DNA of 64,000 nt from Rhizophagus irregularis (taxonomy: Eukaryota). Each line of letters starts with the position of its first letter. The stretch's first letter is position 1. The position numbers and the translations under genes were made by a program. Shown in pieces: positions 1 to 14,489 of the stretch. The stretch is from assembly GCF_026210795.1 (NCBI RefSeq), contig NC_089431.1, positions 558,001-622,000 of the forward strand, in the 5' to 3' direction. The notes beneath the pieces were generated by a model. The model was not told where the DNA came from. It made no database searches and was given only the letters and a program-made list of their open reading frames with translations.

Positions 1-2877
1 GAGATTCTTGGTGAGAAAAAGTCGCATTTAAAACGTATTGAGTCAAGCACAAATACGCATATGAATTATAAAAAGTATGAAGATGTAAGTACGCATGCTT
101 TATTATGAACATATTATTGTCAAATTTCATCAATGATTTTAAATTATAGAAAATTGAAATAGAAATATGGGGATCATATGAAGAAATTGTGGAAGCTAAA
201 AATCAATTGAATGAACATGTTCAAAGTTTGTTAGGAGGGAAAGGGTACGATCAAAGTAGAAAATATGATAAAAGGAATAGACAAGAATTTTATTCGGAAC
301 CTGTTCCTATTAAGAACAAGCAGGAGCTTGAGTTGAAACGCAAAAAAGAACAAGAACTTGAGTTAAAACGTCAAAAGGAACAGGAACTTGAGTTGAAACG
401 TAGAGAAGAACATGAGCTTGAGTTAAGACGTAAAGAATCGGAGTTAGAGGTAAAACGTAAAGAATTGGAGCTAGAGGTAAAACGTAAAGAATTGGAGCTA
501 GAGTTAAAACGTAAAGAAGAACTGGAATTTGAGTTAAAACGTGAAGAAGAACTGGATCTTGAGTTAAAACGTAAAGAAGAACTGGAACGTAAAGAAGAAC
601 TGGAGCTTGAGTTGAAACGTAGAGAAGAACTTGAACGTAAAAAAGAACTGGAGCTTGAGTTGAAACGTAGAGAAGAACTGGAACGTAAAAAAGAACTGGA
701 GCTTGAGTTGAAACGTAAAGAAGAGCAGGAACTTGAACGTAAAAAAGAACAGGAGCTCGAGTTAAAACGTAAAGAAGAGCAGGAGCGTGATGATGAAATT
801 TATTTACAACGTCCAGGTTATTCGCAAAGGTTCCCCTTCAATGAGTACTTTGTCTTTCCTACAACCGATATTCATATCTCTCGATTTATTGGAGCAAAAG
901 ATGAAATTTTGAACCCAGTACGTACTAAATATAAGTGCCATATTTGGCATGATTCAACTCTACCAGGTTCAAATGTAAGTATGATTTATTCAATATTCAA
1001 TTTCTAAATTTTAATTAAATATGTCTAAATATTTTAGTTTTTTCTTTTCTTAGATAATAAAAATTGTTGGTAGTTCAAGGGAATCTGTAGATATAGCAAC
1101 AACGCGGGTCAAGAATTTGTTCATTAAAACACTTGCAGTATGAAATATAGTTTCTTGATCATTTCAAATTTACCACTTATTTATTCTAAATTAACGAATG
1201 TATTTTTCTTTTAGTCTAGATCTATTCCTCATGCAACGCAAGTAGCAGATAGTCTCTTAGGAGTTCATCATATTGTAGAACAACCGCATGAGCCTTGTGA
1301 GATTAGAATAGCGGATCCATCAGCTCGTTTCTATCTATACTATTTACCATTTTATGAACCTAAAGTTAAACTTATTAAACCAGTTTACATGCCATCAGAT
1401 TTATATTTTGATTTTTTTCATGAGTAAGCTGTTTTTTTATTAATAGTTGTAATCCAGACTTTATTAGATAATAACACGTATAATTTCAATTGACATCAGG
1501 ATTCGTGAGTCAAATCTCAAAAGGGTCGAGGACTCTCTTCTTAGAGCTTTGGAAACTGTCCATTTATTAGATGAAGAAATCAAAATGCGTGTTAGGTACA
1601 GTATGTGTATAATAGATTATGTGTTCATAAAGTTTATTTCTTATCAAAATTATTCGCATATACAGATTTGGTCATGTGTGTTTCACGCGTATCCCTCTAA
1701 CTAAAGATTTCAATAACGATGCAACATTAACTATTAATGAACTAAATGAAAAGGTTCTGAAAAAAACTCGTACAGAATCTAAATTTGCTACACGGTAATC
1801 ATTTATAATTAATTACTATTAAGTTATCATTATTTTTATAGAAATTTAAGAATTTTTTTTTTTTCCTTAGAATTGCCACTGAAGAAAGTCAATTGATTGG
1901 GTTAATTGAGGTTCTTTCCGGTAATGATCTAGGATGTTTTGGTTCCCCGAATCGAGAATTTAAGATTCACGCAACTCGTAAAACAAATGATAAAGAGTGG
2001 CCGTGTGCTTTTGATTTGGAGCTTAGGAATGGTAATGAAAGTAAACATAAGAAGTATGATGGGAAGATCGGATTATGGAGCGCTATCATACATGATAGAA
2101 ACGTATTAGACATTAATATGTCATGTTTGGCTAAGTTAGTACTATATATATAATATTAGGTAATATTGTTTTTATAGACATTTTAAATTTATTCATTTTA
2201 AAACAACAATAGTGAATATTCATGGAAGCTTCAAATTAAAACTGCAAAACGTCTTTTTAATACTCCCCCTCAAGAAAATTTTATTAATGGATTAGAAGTT
2301 TGGTAATTAATGACTTTTGTAATACTAGAGCAAAAATTATTTACTAATAATTAATTTATATGAATAATTATATAGCCCACAAGGTCGTTTGATTTATTCA
2401 AATACTAAAGACATAAATGTAGTTTCTGTATATGAGAAAACAAAATGGAAGTACCAGTGGAATAGTGATTACATTGTAGAAATTGTTAAATACGAATTCT
2501 GGGAAAAATTATCAAAATATCATGATATTCAAGGGCTGCCAGTTTATTTGAGAGAAGAACCATTTGTTGTTTCCTATGGAGTAAATGTAAGTAAAATATT
2601 TTTAAGTTATTATTTTTCTAATTAATGAAATTCTTATTTCAATTTTATTCTTAATGTATAGTTTTACAAAAAGTCTTGGGACAATAACTTTGCAAATAAT
2701 CTTGACTTGGACGTTGGAGAAGCTCCTGAATGGCATCCTCAAGATATTATGGATGATCTTACGGAAGAAGGAAAAACAGAGGGTGTTGATGGTTTGATGA
2801 ATGATATTAAAACTTTCTTAGATGTATTAGAAAGTAAGATTCCAACGCCAGCTGAGCATGAGTTATGCGATACATAG
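1..2877 (+). CDS. Multi-exon KH-like domain protein (5' part lies upstream of the window); paralog of 14490-17436
   Basis: Exons join in frame across GT-AG introns (1-84, 150-974, 1054-1137, 1215-~1423, further exons to stop TAG 2875-2877). KH-like segments: EILGEKKSHLKRIESSTNTHM..KIEIEIWGS and FIGAKDEILNPVRTKYKCHIW..IIKIVGSS. Intron positions are shared with the second copy. Confidence 0.8.
318..790 (+). repeat. Coding tandem repeat (ELELKRKE/EELERKK units), charged helical insertion
   Basis: Recurring GAGCTTGAGTTGAAACGT(A/C)AA-type units encode about 150 aa of E/K/R/L-rich sequence in exon 2. Confidence 0.9.
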
Positions 2878-5249
2878 TAAGTGATCTCTCGTACAAATAA
2901 TTTTTTTTATTTCTCAGAATTTTTTAAAAGTTATAATCACTCACGTAATACATTCTCAGGATTCAATTCGTCATAATGCTTATAAAGGTGAATTCATATA
3001 GTTCATTCAATATCTTGTTAGTCAACATATATAATATGATATTACCAATACATATAATAAGATATTATTAAATCGTATTTACTATAAATTGTAAATTGGA
3101 AACAATATTTTTTTTATATATATATATTTAACTTATTAGATCCTTTTTAGATTCTTTTTAGATTTTTAAACAAGACTTTTTAAGCATTTCAAAACCATTA
3201 TATTTCTTTTTTCGTCATAATAATTTGTACAAAAAGAAAAAAAATTGTATTCATTATTTACATCAAATTTAAGAATAAAATTAACTGAAAAATAATGTAC
3301 AAATTTGTTATGAATTTAAAATTTCGGAATTTATCAAATACTTAATTTCAATGGGTCTAACGAGAAGCTGAATTATTACTACAAAATATGGAAGCGTAGA
3401 TGCTGAATATAAATGACTGAATATAAAAAGATTGTTCAAATTAAGGGAAGTGTTTAGATATGATAGAAAACTAAGGATGAGGAAAAGCAAGTTATATAGG
3501 GATCCTAACCACGAAATTTCCTAAATGGAACGAGACAAAGAAGTAACAGCGAAGGATAGTAATAGATGAGATAGTAACTCATACCAAATTTCTTATCAAC
3601 AATTAATTTTTTCGCTAAAAAAAATCATATTTGCATCAGTGCATGAAATTATTATTATAATTTTTTTTTTATGAAGTTTAAATCAAATAATTATTTAATT
3701 ACTAAATTCATCAGCGAGATATTACATATGAAAGTTCATGAATCTGCAAAAGGAGAAATAGGGATACTTTGAATTGCTAGAGATGCTATTCCCTTATTGA
3801 AAATCATCGAGAAAAACAAGAGGGTTATAGCTTTTTCAACGACGTAGTCATATGAAAATATACATCTATCTAATAAAGCAATCGTAAGATCACGATATAA
3901 CCTAACTAATTATATGTCTAAAACACAATAATAAAATTTTTTGTATGATTAAAAATTTTATCAATTACATGCTAAAAAATAACAACAAAAATAAAAAAAA
4001 AAAAAGATTAAAAACTAAACAAATCTAACAATTGATAATCAACTATCACTATTTTTCTTCTTTTTAGAATCTTCTATATTACACATCCAAAAAACATCCT
4101 ATTATAGAATTCTTTTTTTTCAATTATAAAATGAAAATGAAAAAAAAAAAATGAGTAATTGTTCAACTTAAAATTGATGATAATTCTATCTCAATAATTT
4201 ATCAAATAATCATATAAAGGGAAAAACGATTTAGAGAACGTTTTTTAATTTTGAAAATAATTTAATTTTTAATCTTTTTAACTTTTCAAAATATTCTAGA
4301 GTTACCTCCCATTTCAAAAATTATTTATTAATTTTCTTTATCTTTTTTATTGAGAAATCATGATTTATCAAATTTTTAAAGATTTATATTTTAAAATTAT
4401 ATATAAATTATATTTATCTTATATATCTAAAAATTTTATTTTATGTACAGTAATTCAAATTATTATGGGTTAAAAATCAAAACATCCCGAGAAATTTATA
4501 ATAATCTATGTAAGTTCATATGAATAACAATTTATTATATTAATAATTATAACTTTATCATAATTTAAATAATAACAATTAAATTGTTTTAAATCAATTT
4601 CTTCTATTAATTCAATTAGATATCTTTTGAGAAAAACTTTTACTACAAAAATTTGTTTCCTGGTTTTAAAAATGCGATTAAATAATATTGAATAATTAAG
4701 TATTGATCAAGAAAAGAGGTAAGAGCTGAAAGGTCAATTAATCTTTGACATAGAATATCTCAATGTTGCCCTTTCTACTGCTGTTAATGTTTCCCTGTCC
4801 TTTGTAGATTTTGCAAGTTACGAAACATTTTTACTAAAAATATCCTTACCATGGCAGTAATACCTATTTCTCTGCTGTGGCTGGCACGCATTATCTCCCC
4901 GCTTCTTTGCTGTGGCTGGCACGCATTTTACAATATTATTTATCCAAGGAATTTCTTGTCAACTAATGCTGGCAATTCATCCTCATCATTTCTGGCGGTG
5001 AAGTTTGTTTATGGTGGTGGTTTTGATAGAACTGCTGTGCATCGGGAAGAACATTACCTACACGTGTCTTTTGCTAAAATAAAAAAAATTAATTAATCTT
5101 AAACTATACATTCTCGGGTGAAGATGCTCACAGGCTTGGATATATCATCGTAATAAATTTGAGGGTGACAAGAAATGTCACCACGCAAGGGATAGTAATC
5201 GTCTATCTTATTCTGTTTTAAAGTAAGTGATTTGGTCGTCCTAAGAATT

Positions 5250-7330
5250 AAAATACAATATGAATGATCGATTTATCAAAAAAGTCTCCATCGGTACCTT
5301 TGATTTGAATCACATGATTTCCAGTGAACTGCTTTATCTTCATTACGTGAAAATTCTCTATATTCAGACGCCACTGGAACGCTTCTGGTTTTTCCTTTAT
5401 GCAGAACAATTTTTCAAAAACAACGCAAATTTAACAATAATACTTGCAAAAAAATCGATAATGAAAAATGTAAGTGCTGAATAAATAGCTATCCTTTAGA
5501 CTAAGTCCTTCTTTATGTTATCCATTATTTTCTGCAGATTCTTTTGCTCTGAATTCTCCCGATAATATACTGTCATACTAATGCATGACCAGTTCTCAGA
5601 CGTGAAATCATTGAAAAAATGCTTTGAGAGTGGATATCAGTTTTTGTGGTCATGCTTGTATACGCAAGAAGAAAATGTTTCGTAATGAAGTTGAAATACC
5701 AAATTTTGGATTTGCAATATGTATGATTCAATCAGACAATGCTCTAAGCCACAAAAAATTGTCTAATTATCCTAATACGCGCTTCCAATTTCCATGAAGA
5801 GGCAAAACTTCGATTTTGAATCACCCTACATAAAAGATTGTGTATAACGGTAAATTGCATATTTACATTGTGAAATTGAATTTATTAGTTGATTTATCAC
5901 CAATTCTTTTTCTTTATCATACGCCATGTGTTAGTGTATTACACACGATAAATTCAAATGCTCTTTATTGCAAACAACTCTAGCTAATCAGAAATGATAG
6001 ATGCTATCAAAAAGTGAGGGAGTATGCGGATCCTAGGCATTAATGTGAGTCCCAGCATCATGTTATTTCTTTGCTCTCCTAAGATTTTTACACCTAATTT
6101 ATTTTATCATTATTGTAACTACCCAAAAACTCTTTTATTAAACTAAATCTCTAAAATAAATTATTCTACCCATATCTACAGAATTTTAGCCTAACTATAT
6201 CGCTCTCACCCGCACAGACTATGTAAATAATATTTCTCTCAAAACTTCTTGCAGATAAATGGATTCACTAACTTGGGTAGTACCTTTTTATATAATTTGC
6301 AGTGGGTCTAAGATCTTTGGAGAAAAATTACATTATCCGTACCAAAGGTAACAATATTAATTAGGAATTACGCGTTTTGACTAATGCTAATGAGTAATAT
6401 AAATTATTCCGTGGCAATTGAGTCGATCTGATCCGCCTCCCAATTCCATTTTCGTTTCATTCCAATATCATGATCTTTGGCACTAAGGGGCTCTGGAACA
6501 ATCCTCATAAATCATTAAAGAGTCACCGACGACTAATGTTCATTTTCTGTTTAATATAAGTTGAATATTTTTGTTAAATTCAAGAGTTCCTGTTCATTTC
6601 TCAAATATATGCTAAAGGTTAAGAATGTATATCTGAAGAAGATCAAGATACCTATTTCATACACTTATAGGCCTTTAATTTATTCTCTATCAGTTGGAAA
6701 GATTTCATGCTTTTTGGAACACTATTATTAGGAATTATTTGGAAGATATCCCGGAGCAGACCGGGGTTGTTTGTTCTTGGAACCAATTACTGCTCTTCTA
6801 AAAAGCCTACTGTAAATTAGATGGATTTGAATGTTTTGCCTATAGCAAAGTTTCTACTCAATAGATGATACAAGTGAAAGCTGCAATGGTACATGACACT
6901 CCAAGTGAAGAAAAGACCATCTTTGGCTGTTATTACTGGGTCTTATGTTCAAGGACTGGATTGGGCTATTAGTAGACAGAATCGCGTTAGAGACACATCA
7001 AAAATGCTTTCATAGGAGGATCGCGCGTGAGATAAGAAACAAGCATCCAAATTACCGACCAAAGATCAATGCCGCACCAAATGGAATTCATTGAAGTTAG
7101 GTACGAGGACCTTGAGCGCTTATTAAACGGGATTTCCGACAGAATCAATCAGGAATCATTATATTAAATTCAGCAGTCAATAATTGATCCTGTATATATT
7201 ATAATTGTTGTAGTTAATCTTATCATGATAAATAATACTCTCTGGATAACACCGATATATATCTTACTTACGTCTGCAGATTTGATGGTGTAGCAGACGA
7301 TTTAGATGCCTCAACATTTTATTGGATTTA
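5250..7330 (+). mobile_element. Heavily decayed non-LTR (LINE) retrotransposon fragment, RT plus RNase H
   Basis: Broken-frame remnants occur in the expected order: TNA*PVLRREIIEKML (cf. TNxRPITLLE), NMYDSI (cf. KAYDSV), MRILGINV, AVITGSYVQGLDWAI (cf. RNase H YTDGS..GW), VADDL. Many stops and frameshifts; GC is higher than in the flanks; boundaries approximate. Confidence 0.5.
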
Positions 7331-8200
7331 TTTAAGGCATTAATATGGGAATTGGGTTTATGTGTTTCATGCAATCATTTCTGCAGTACTATACTAAATA
7401 GATAAAAGATGTTTAAAAAATTTTTAGATTAACAGTTTCTGGGATTATTAGTTTATGTAATATTCTTTAGAATTATTAGTACAATATTAAATTTGAATTA
7501 ATTTTTGATTGCTTTTAATTTTTTATTATCTATAGAGCTTATATTATAATTATTAATTAATACAGTAGTTAGTTTAGCCATTTTTGTTATTAAATAAAAA
7601 CGTACTATATTAATAACAAAATTATTTTTTTTGCAAAATTTCCTGAATAAAATGCATGATTGTTTGTGGAAAAAAGTTAATTTTAATACCATGTCCTAAA
7701 AATCTTTTATTTCCTATTATAATTATTATTACTTTGAAACAAAAAAAACATATTTTAAGATTACAATAAACATTAAGAATTGAGAATAGTTTTAAATTCA
7801 AATCAATGAGAAAAAAAAGTTTATTTACAAAATCAAAAGACTCATATTATTATTATATATATATATACATCTGTTTTCTTGAAATTTTTTCTAACATGAA
7901 ATTCTCAAAGTTAATCCATAAATTACAAACAATTAGAATAACGAAGATAATCACAATTTTTTTAAGGAAAAAATTTTAATTGAGAAAATGGTTTATTTTA
8001 AAGATTTTTCTAAATTTTAATTATGATTTAAAATATTTCAGTATCAAAACTTAAAAATAATTGTAAATTACATAATTTTATTTATTGAAAATATTACCTA
8101 AAATTACATTGTAAAATAAAGAAGAATACTAAGATATCACAAACAATTTGATTTTTTTTTTATAACTAATTTTTAGGATTATTAGAATTATTGTTTTCAT

Positions 8201-9412
8201 CTAATTAAAATCATATAGTAGTTGTTGATCTTGTTCTATAGGATTAAAGTTCATATTATAATATGATAATAAACCATTTTCAATGGAATTATCATTTTCA
8301 ATGGAATTACAATTTTCAATAAAATTATCTTCTAAATTGATTGCTTCATCGGGCATTTGAGATGTTAATGTAGTCAAATAATCAATATTAGATCCATCTT
8401 CATCAGTACGAGTTTCAATTTCAGTCAAGTCAATTGGAGTTAAACCCAAGAAATCAGTATCATTAATTTGCTCAGTTAATGAAGGTGGAATTGGCCGGGA
8501 AGGTAAGATATTAGAAATGTCAAACTGATCATTATTAATAGTCAAAGAAGTTGGTGATACAGAGTTATTAATATCTAAAGATGGGAAATCAGCTTCATCA
8601 GAATTTTCAAGTAATAATTTTCGTTTCTTTGATAAAGTCTTTTTATCAGTATGATATAATGAAGCAAGAAATTTTAAAAGTTTATTAAGAGTATTTTGTT
8701 GATTAAGATATTTATTATGTACTGAAATAATTTCCTGTAATAGGATTTGATTATCTCTTTGAATATTCTTTAAATTTGCATTTAAAGTCGTCTGATATTT
8801 TTTAATTGAATCAATTTCATTTAATATATAATTCATATCTCTTCTACTAGATTCTTCTACATTATGTGTTGGAATAGTTTCTTGCCATTGAACTTGATTA
8901 TTTCTTTGAATATATTTCAAAGTTGCATTAATAGTTGCCTGATATTTTTTAATTAAATCAATTTCATTTAATATACGGTTTATATCCACTTCATTTGGCT
9001 CTTGTTCTTTTATATTTTCATTACCATTCCCTTCTTTGCGAGTATTTGGCTCTTCTTTTATACTTTCATTATCATTCACTTTCCTGCGAGTAATATAGCA
9101 TAAGAGTTCCGGTTGATTACAAAGGAAATGTTTATGACCAAATTCCCATTGTTCAGATTGTTCATCAGATTGAAGTACTCCTTGTTGAAGGTGTGGTATT
9201 TTATGAAATCCATACATGTTTAATTGTCTAACGAAACTGCTAAAGTTGTTATGCTTAAAAAATTTAGGAAGAATTTCTTTTGCAAATTCTTGAGGTTTTT
9301 TTACAATAAAAGAATTACCAGCCCCAGACCAGGTAATTAAATCATTTGACCGAGGATCGCTAACCATTTTATAAAGTTTCTTTAAAAAGGCTGGCACACC
9401 TTGGTTACCCAT
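8201..9412 (-). CDS. Heat shock factor (HSF)-type transcription factor, intronless
   Basis: HSF DNA-binding domain PAFLKKLYKMV..WSGAGNSFIV..LPKFFKHNNFSSFVRQLNMYGFHK..WEFGHKHF, then coiled-coil segments and an acidic tail. The likely start is ATG 9412 (MGNQGVPAF); the ORF-track extension to 9508 looks like pyrimidine-rich UTR. Confidence 0.92.
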   Translation of the reverse strand: MGNQGVPAFLKKLYKMVSDPRSNDLITWSGAGNSFIVKKPQEFAKEILPKFFKHNNFSSFVRQLNMYGFHKIPHLQQGVLQSDEQSEQWEFGHKHFLCNQPELLCYITRRKVNDNESIKEEPNTRKEGNGNENIKEQEPNEVDINRILNEIDLIKKYQATINATLKYIQRNNQVQWQETIPTHNVEESSRRDMNYILNEIDSIKKYQTTLNANLKNIQRDNQILLQEIISVHNKYLNQQNTLNKLLKFLASLYHTDKKTLSKKRKLLLENSDEADFPSLDINNSVSPTSLTINNDQFDISNILPSRPIPPSLTEQINDTDFLGLTPIDLTEIETRTDEDGSNIDYLTTLTSQMPDEAINLEDNFIENCNSIENDNSIENGLLSYYNMNFNPIEQDQQLLYDFN

Positions 9413-12400
9413 TTTTTCTGAAACTAAATTATTTGGAAGAATAAAATTAGGAAACAGTAAAACGAGAATAAAGGAAAGAATAAAGTATATAAAAAACCAA
9501 AAAAACATTCAAAATTTATTTAGCAGGATTAAATATAAAAAAATAGCTTGATTATATTTTATCAATCTGAAACTATATATATATGTTTAATGAGTAACAA
9601 TTTATCAATTTCAAGCTATTATTATTTTTATATATATAATGACTCAATATTACTTATGTGAGTTCATAATATTTAACTAAAATTGATCTGATCCGACTCA
9701 TGACTCATTATTGAGCATAAATTTATATAATTTTTATATTCAGTTTATTTTTCTATGATTTCCTTGTTATTTTTTAACTATATCTTATATTTTGATTTTT
9801 ACAGAAAATAAAGTTCAATAAAGTATGCTATATTAGTAATAAGGAATTGAAATAGAAATTTTAATTAAAGTTGTTGTATTAAAAATATAAACAATATTTC
9901 CTATAATTTTTTTTATGCCTACTTTAAATGGAAGAAAGATTTTTAACTGTAGAATTTCTTGTTGATTTTGATAAAAGCAAATCCATTGAACAAACACCAT
10001 TATATAAAATTGGGTTTTCTTTCACACAAACTGAAATTATAAAAAATTAATATTCCTAAAAGCAAGAAACTCAGCAATGTAGTATAGGAAAGAAAAAGTA
10101 CAAGGAATTAACTATATTTTCCTATTGGATAGATCACGTTAGTAAAAAGAGGATATATCAATAAATCTACAAGTTATATTAATTTAAATATCAATTTTTA
10201 TTAACAATTTTAATGCGCTTTCCTATAATAAATCAATATATTAGTTGGTAATCAAAGTAAATTAACCTTTTTGGATATACTTGTAATATATTAGTTAACA
10301 ATCTTTATCAAATAATTTAATTACCTAATCTAAAACTGGTAAATCTTTTTCTCATAAAAAGATTAGTCTTTACAAAAAATGCTCTTTAAATATAACAATT
10401 TTAATAGACGGAGTTTTGCGAAATAGTTAAATATGTATGAAAATATTATACCCTTAACAAGATTTTTGAAAGAAAATTAATAAGCTATAATATGCTACAA
10501 CTTATTCTACAGTTATAGGAAAGAGAAGCATCTATCCAGTATAAGTCTTTTATCTGCTAAGGTAGGTACATTTTTATATAGAATCCTTTAATTAAAGTCT
10601 AATAATAATTACAAAACTGATTCTGAAGAGCGAATATCAAATTATCAAAGCTTGTATTTACAACAAAAGCATACAGAGAAACTGGATTGGAAAGAAAGAA
10701 TGAAGAATTAGAAGTTGAATACAAAAGAATTAAAAAATCACAAGAATTTGAGTAAAGGAAAAAATAAAAAATCGCATGCAATGGTGCTCAAAAAGTTTAA
10801 AAAGAAGTAAATGATAATATTGGTTTGCAATAAGTTAATGATGAACAGAATATAATATTTATGTACCTTCTTTTTGAATTGATTTATAGAATTCAGTTCA
10901 TTATTTACTATCAATCAATTGGTTTTATTATTTAGTTTAAGACCGATAATTCTTTCTCGTGGAAAGGCCTCAAAAAAATGCATTCTTTAATTATCTAATC
11001 CAATTTGAACAATATAATTCTGAAAATATAAAAAACTATAGTGAAATTTATCATGGCTCGCAACAAAACTGTTTAGCTTGTTTCTTGAAATTTACTACAA
11101 ACTATTTTCTATATTTATTATTATCTAGGCGCTTTAGCACATTTTTTTTGGCGCTTTTTAGACTACATGTCACATGATTAGAGTCATCTTCATGATGACA
11201 ACCGATGATGACACTCTTTCTTTATTAGATGGTATTCGGTAAGTAGATATAATAATTAAAGAAGGAGAAAGGAGAAATGGACTTTCCCAACGCTATAAAC
11301 TTCAAATCCGTACCTCTTCTAGAATCACCTTAAAGTTCATCAAAAAGGTAATGAACATTATCATGTGGGACAAGCATAGTTCTTCATAATAACTAATAGG
11401 TCTATTATATCTACAAGAAGGTTTGACGTAAACTTTCTTCTTTTTATCACTTCTACAGGGTCATACCAATTAATTTTGTGATATAGATATTAAATTCATC
11501 ATCTTCTACATGAAGATATTTGATCCAAGTTCAACAGCGTTCATCAAGAGGAAGTCTAGTTTCAGCCGCTTCTTGCATAAGAAATAGGTGGTTTCTGTAA
11601 TTATTAAGTGATCATGTTCAGTCTAGCATGCATATTGTATTTTTACACCATGTTTAGACAATAATTCTTTACACTTACCATATTAATAATTTAGACTATG
11701 TGCCAAGAAAAGAGAATCAAGAAATCGGTAGTTCAGCATTTATTTCGCTTTTAGAAGAGGTTAAGTTGGACTATCAAGATGCGACCGATTTGAATCATCC
11801 TTGAACCAACAGTCCGTCTTAAGAGTGGTCCCATAATTTGTGTTTGAGCTGAATCAATTAAAAGATGAAAATTGGAAAAATCCGGTGGTAGAAAGCGAAA
11901 TTTTCCTGCTACCGTAAGTGAAGACAAGGAATATTTCGATCCTGAGATTATTCCTTCGAAAAAAAATAGCTAAAAAGATCATAATTTAAGCATGAGATCA
12001 ATCAAATTGAAGGTATTTTTCATAAATAAAAAATTCGAAGCATTTATTTACGATTTTTCTAATGTGTTCTATTTAATTTAACGCGTTCTATTTATTTAAT
12101 TTAATTCTTTATATGTATTTTAATTTATTCAAAATTATTTTTTCTTATATTTAGCGCGTACTTTTGAACTTTTTTTCATATGATCTCTTCCAATAATTGG
12201 TGTTTTGAAGTTTAGTATTCAAGATTTTTTTTTTTGGCAACATAAATAATAGGAAAGACATCTATATAATATACAAACTTAAAGTCCGATGGAAAAATGC
12301 ACCATAAACAATTTGTTTTGAAATATATACAAGAAGATATTGCTGTATAGACCGATACTATTGTAATCGGAGTACATCGCAAAGGGATAGAAGCAAAGAA

Positions 12401-13350
12401 TAATTTACGTATAGTATGTAACTAAGATAATCAGATAATTATGGTAATATATATAAATCCTATTTTAGATGATTATAGGGATGGGGACGGTTCGTTTTAG
12501 TTCCATTCGGTTCGCCGTCGGTTCCTATTAAGAAAAATATGAGCTACATGTGTCAAATTAAAAAAAAAATTTTGATTGGTTACTGTGCATTTTTTAAAAT
12601 TATAATAACTTGATAACAACATTATTCGGAGTTATAATAAAAACATTTTTAATTTAATATATATATATTTGAATTCACTACCATACGAAGGAAATATTAT
12701 CTTAAAAAATTATCTCCACTTGTTTTATGTAAACATTATTTCTTACACATATATCATCGTTTATAAATATTTCACACGAAAAAAAAAGAATGCTTGTTTT
12801 ACGCGAATAAAATATTATCTCCACATACAGTATATACGCATATTAAAGTAATCTCACGTGGAAGACGGAAATATTATCTCTGCTCATTGTTTCACACAAA
12901 AAAAATACTAATTTTGTTAATAGTGAAATTATGAGCAATGAAGATAATATTATTTTAACATATTACCAAGTGATATATCTTCTGAACCGGAAGATACAGA
13001 AATTTATATTGCGAAGCATGTACGGTAATTGCTAAAAAATAATCCACTCGCTAGTTTCAGAGTATTCCCAACAAGTGAGAATGGTATTGTATTATATATA
13101 GTGTTGAAGGATGTTGAAGGATGAGGAAATAAAGAAGCGGCGTTTCCAGATGTAAATATTTGTTTAAAAGAATACAGTATATTGCGAGAAGAAATAATAA
13201 TAATAATACTAATTTTATTTTAAGATTCAGTATTATTCAGTATTCTATGAGTAGAACCGGTGGTCGAGAATCTTTCCGAAGAATCGTTAATTTTCTTTTC
13301 TTTTTTTCTTCGCTTTTGAATTAATCCAAAATGGCGTTACCACCGATTTT

Positions 13351-14017
13351 TGACGTTCGGTTAGGTAGTAACAGAAAAATAAATAAGGATCAGTTAATAG
13401 TCGCAAGGCAATATGACGTTAAATATCAAGTGTTAAAGCAAATCGGATAATGTATGCGCAAATAATGAGATGAATAATAAAGTAATTAAACCGTGTATAT
13501 ATTAATTAATTTATAATCGGAATCAAATTGTGTATAGACAATTAAACGATATATAACAAAAGGTCAATATAGGATAATGAACACTTTAACGAAATGAGAA
13601 TTATAAGAAATCGGAAACAAATAGGCAGGATTTATTAACACTTAAATACAATATTACTGCCTCTATCGGCGCTCTGTAATATTCGTATATCTATCTTTTG
13701 AAAAATAAAACCAAGCACTTTTTCTCTACTGCTACCCAAAACCTTCACCATCGGTCGAATATATATCGGCTGAAATCTGGTACTATTTTGCTTATCGGAC
13801 AAATTTACCATCTGGCTAATTTTTCTTAGCCACCCATCTCTAAGCCTCCCCTATACCATAAAAATAAACTATTTAAATAAATATATATATATAAATTAAA
13901 TTAAAGATATAAAACTAATATAACCAAATATTACCTATAGCTATATATCTAAATAGTAACAATAACTAATTAAAAGAAGCCGCAGCATATTATATACTAA
14001 TAAAAGATTCCAGAACA
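13351..14017 (-). mobile_element. Possible solitary LTR with adjacent PBS-like sequence
   Basis: The segment is bounded by TG...CA (TGACGTTCGG ... TTCCAGAACA). On the minus strand it is followed by AAAATCGGTGGTAACGCC (TGG-containing, PBS-like). No second LTR or gag/pol is visible. Confidence 0.22.
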
Positions 14018-14489
14018 ATAGGAACAATACAAAAAGTAGACCATTGAACGTGCATGCCATAAGACGATCCCTGTAGTGTTATGAAATAACCTGATTAATG
14101 ACTAAATGACCGACCAAAATGTTTAAAATGTTTTTCATGAACACGTGATCTTTTAATAGCGCTCCGGTCGTTCCGTATAATCACACTTCTTTACAGTCAC
14201 ATTTATGAGCCGACTTCTTACGTTATTACAAAAGTCTTTGTTCTTTAAAATTGCAAACAAAAAAGAAAAAGAAAAAAAGCATTTTCCAAATTAATCCATG
14301 ATTGACAGTAATTGTTATTGTCCGTATTTTTGATAAAGGAGGCTAAACTTTAAAGTCTAGACACAGATCGACGGCAATTGTTTAACTTAATTAGGGATAA
14401 TAACCCAAACAAAATATAAATTCAGGTAGGATCCCCCTTTTTTGAACTTATCTTTTTTCTTTTTTTAATCCTCTCCTTTGTTTAAAACT

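Noticed and set aside
9413..9508. N-terminal hydrophobic extension (signal or TM) on HSF
   Set aside because: It is a Phe/Ile/Leu-rich translation of T-rich leader DNA; the ATG at 9412 directly precedes the DNA-binding domain. It cannot be fully excluded without transcript data.
11200..13300. Coding-like fragments (e.g. ENQEIGSSAFISLLEEVKLDYQD; FPTSENGIV)
   Set aside because: Probably old TE debris, but too fragmentary to assign a family or boundaries.
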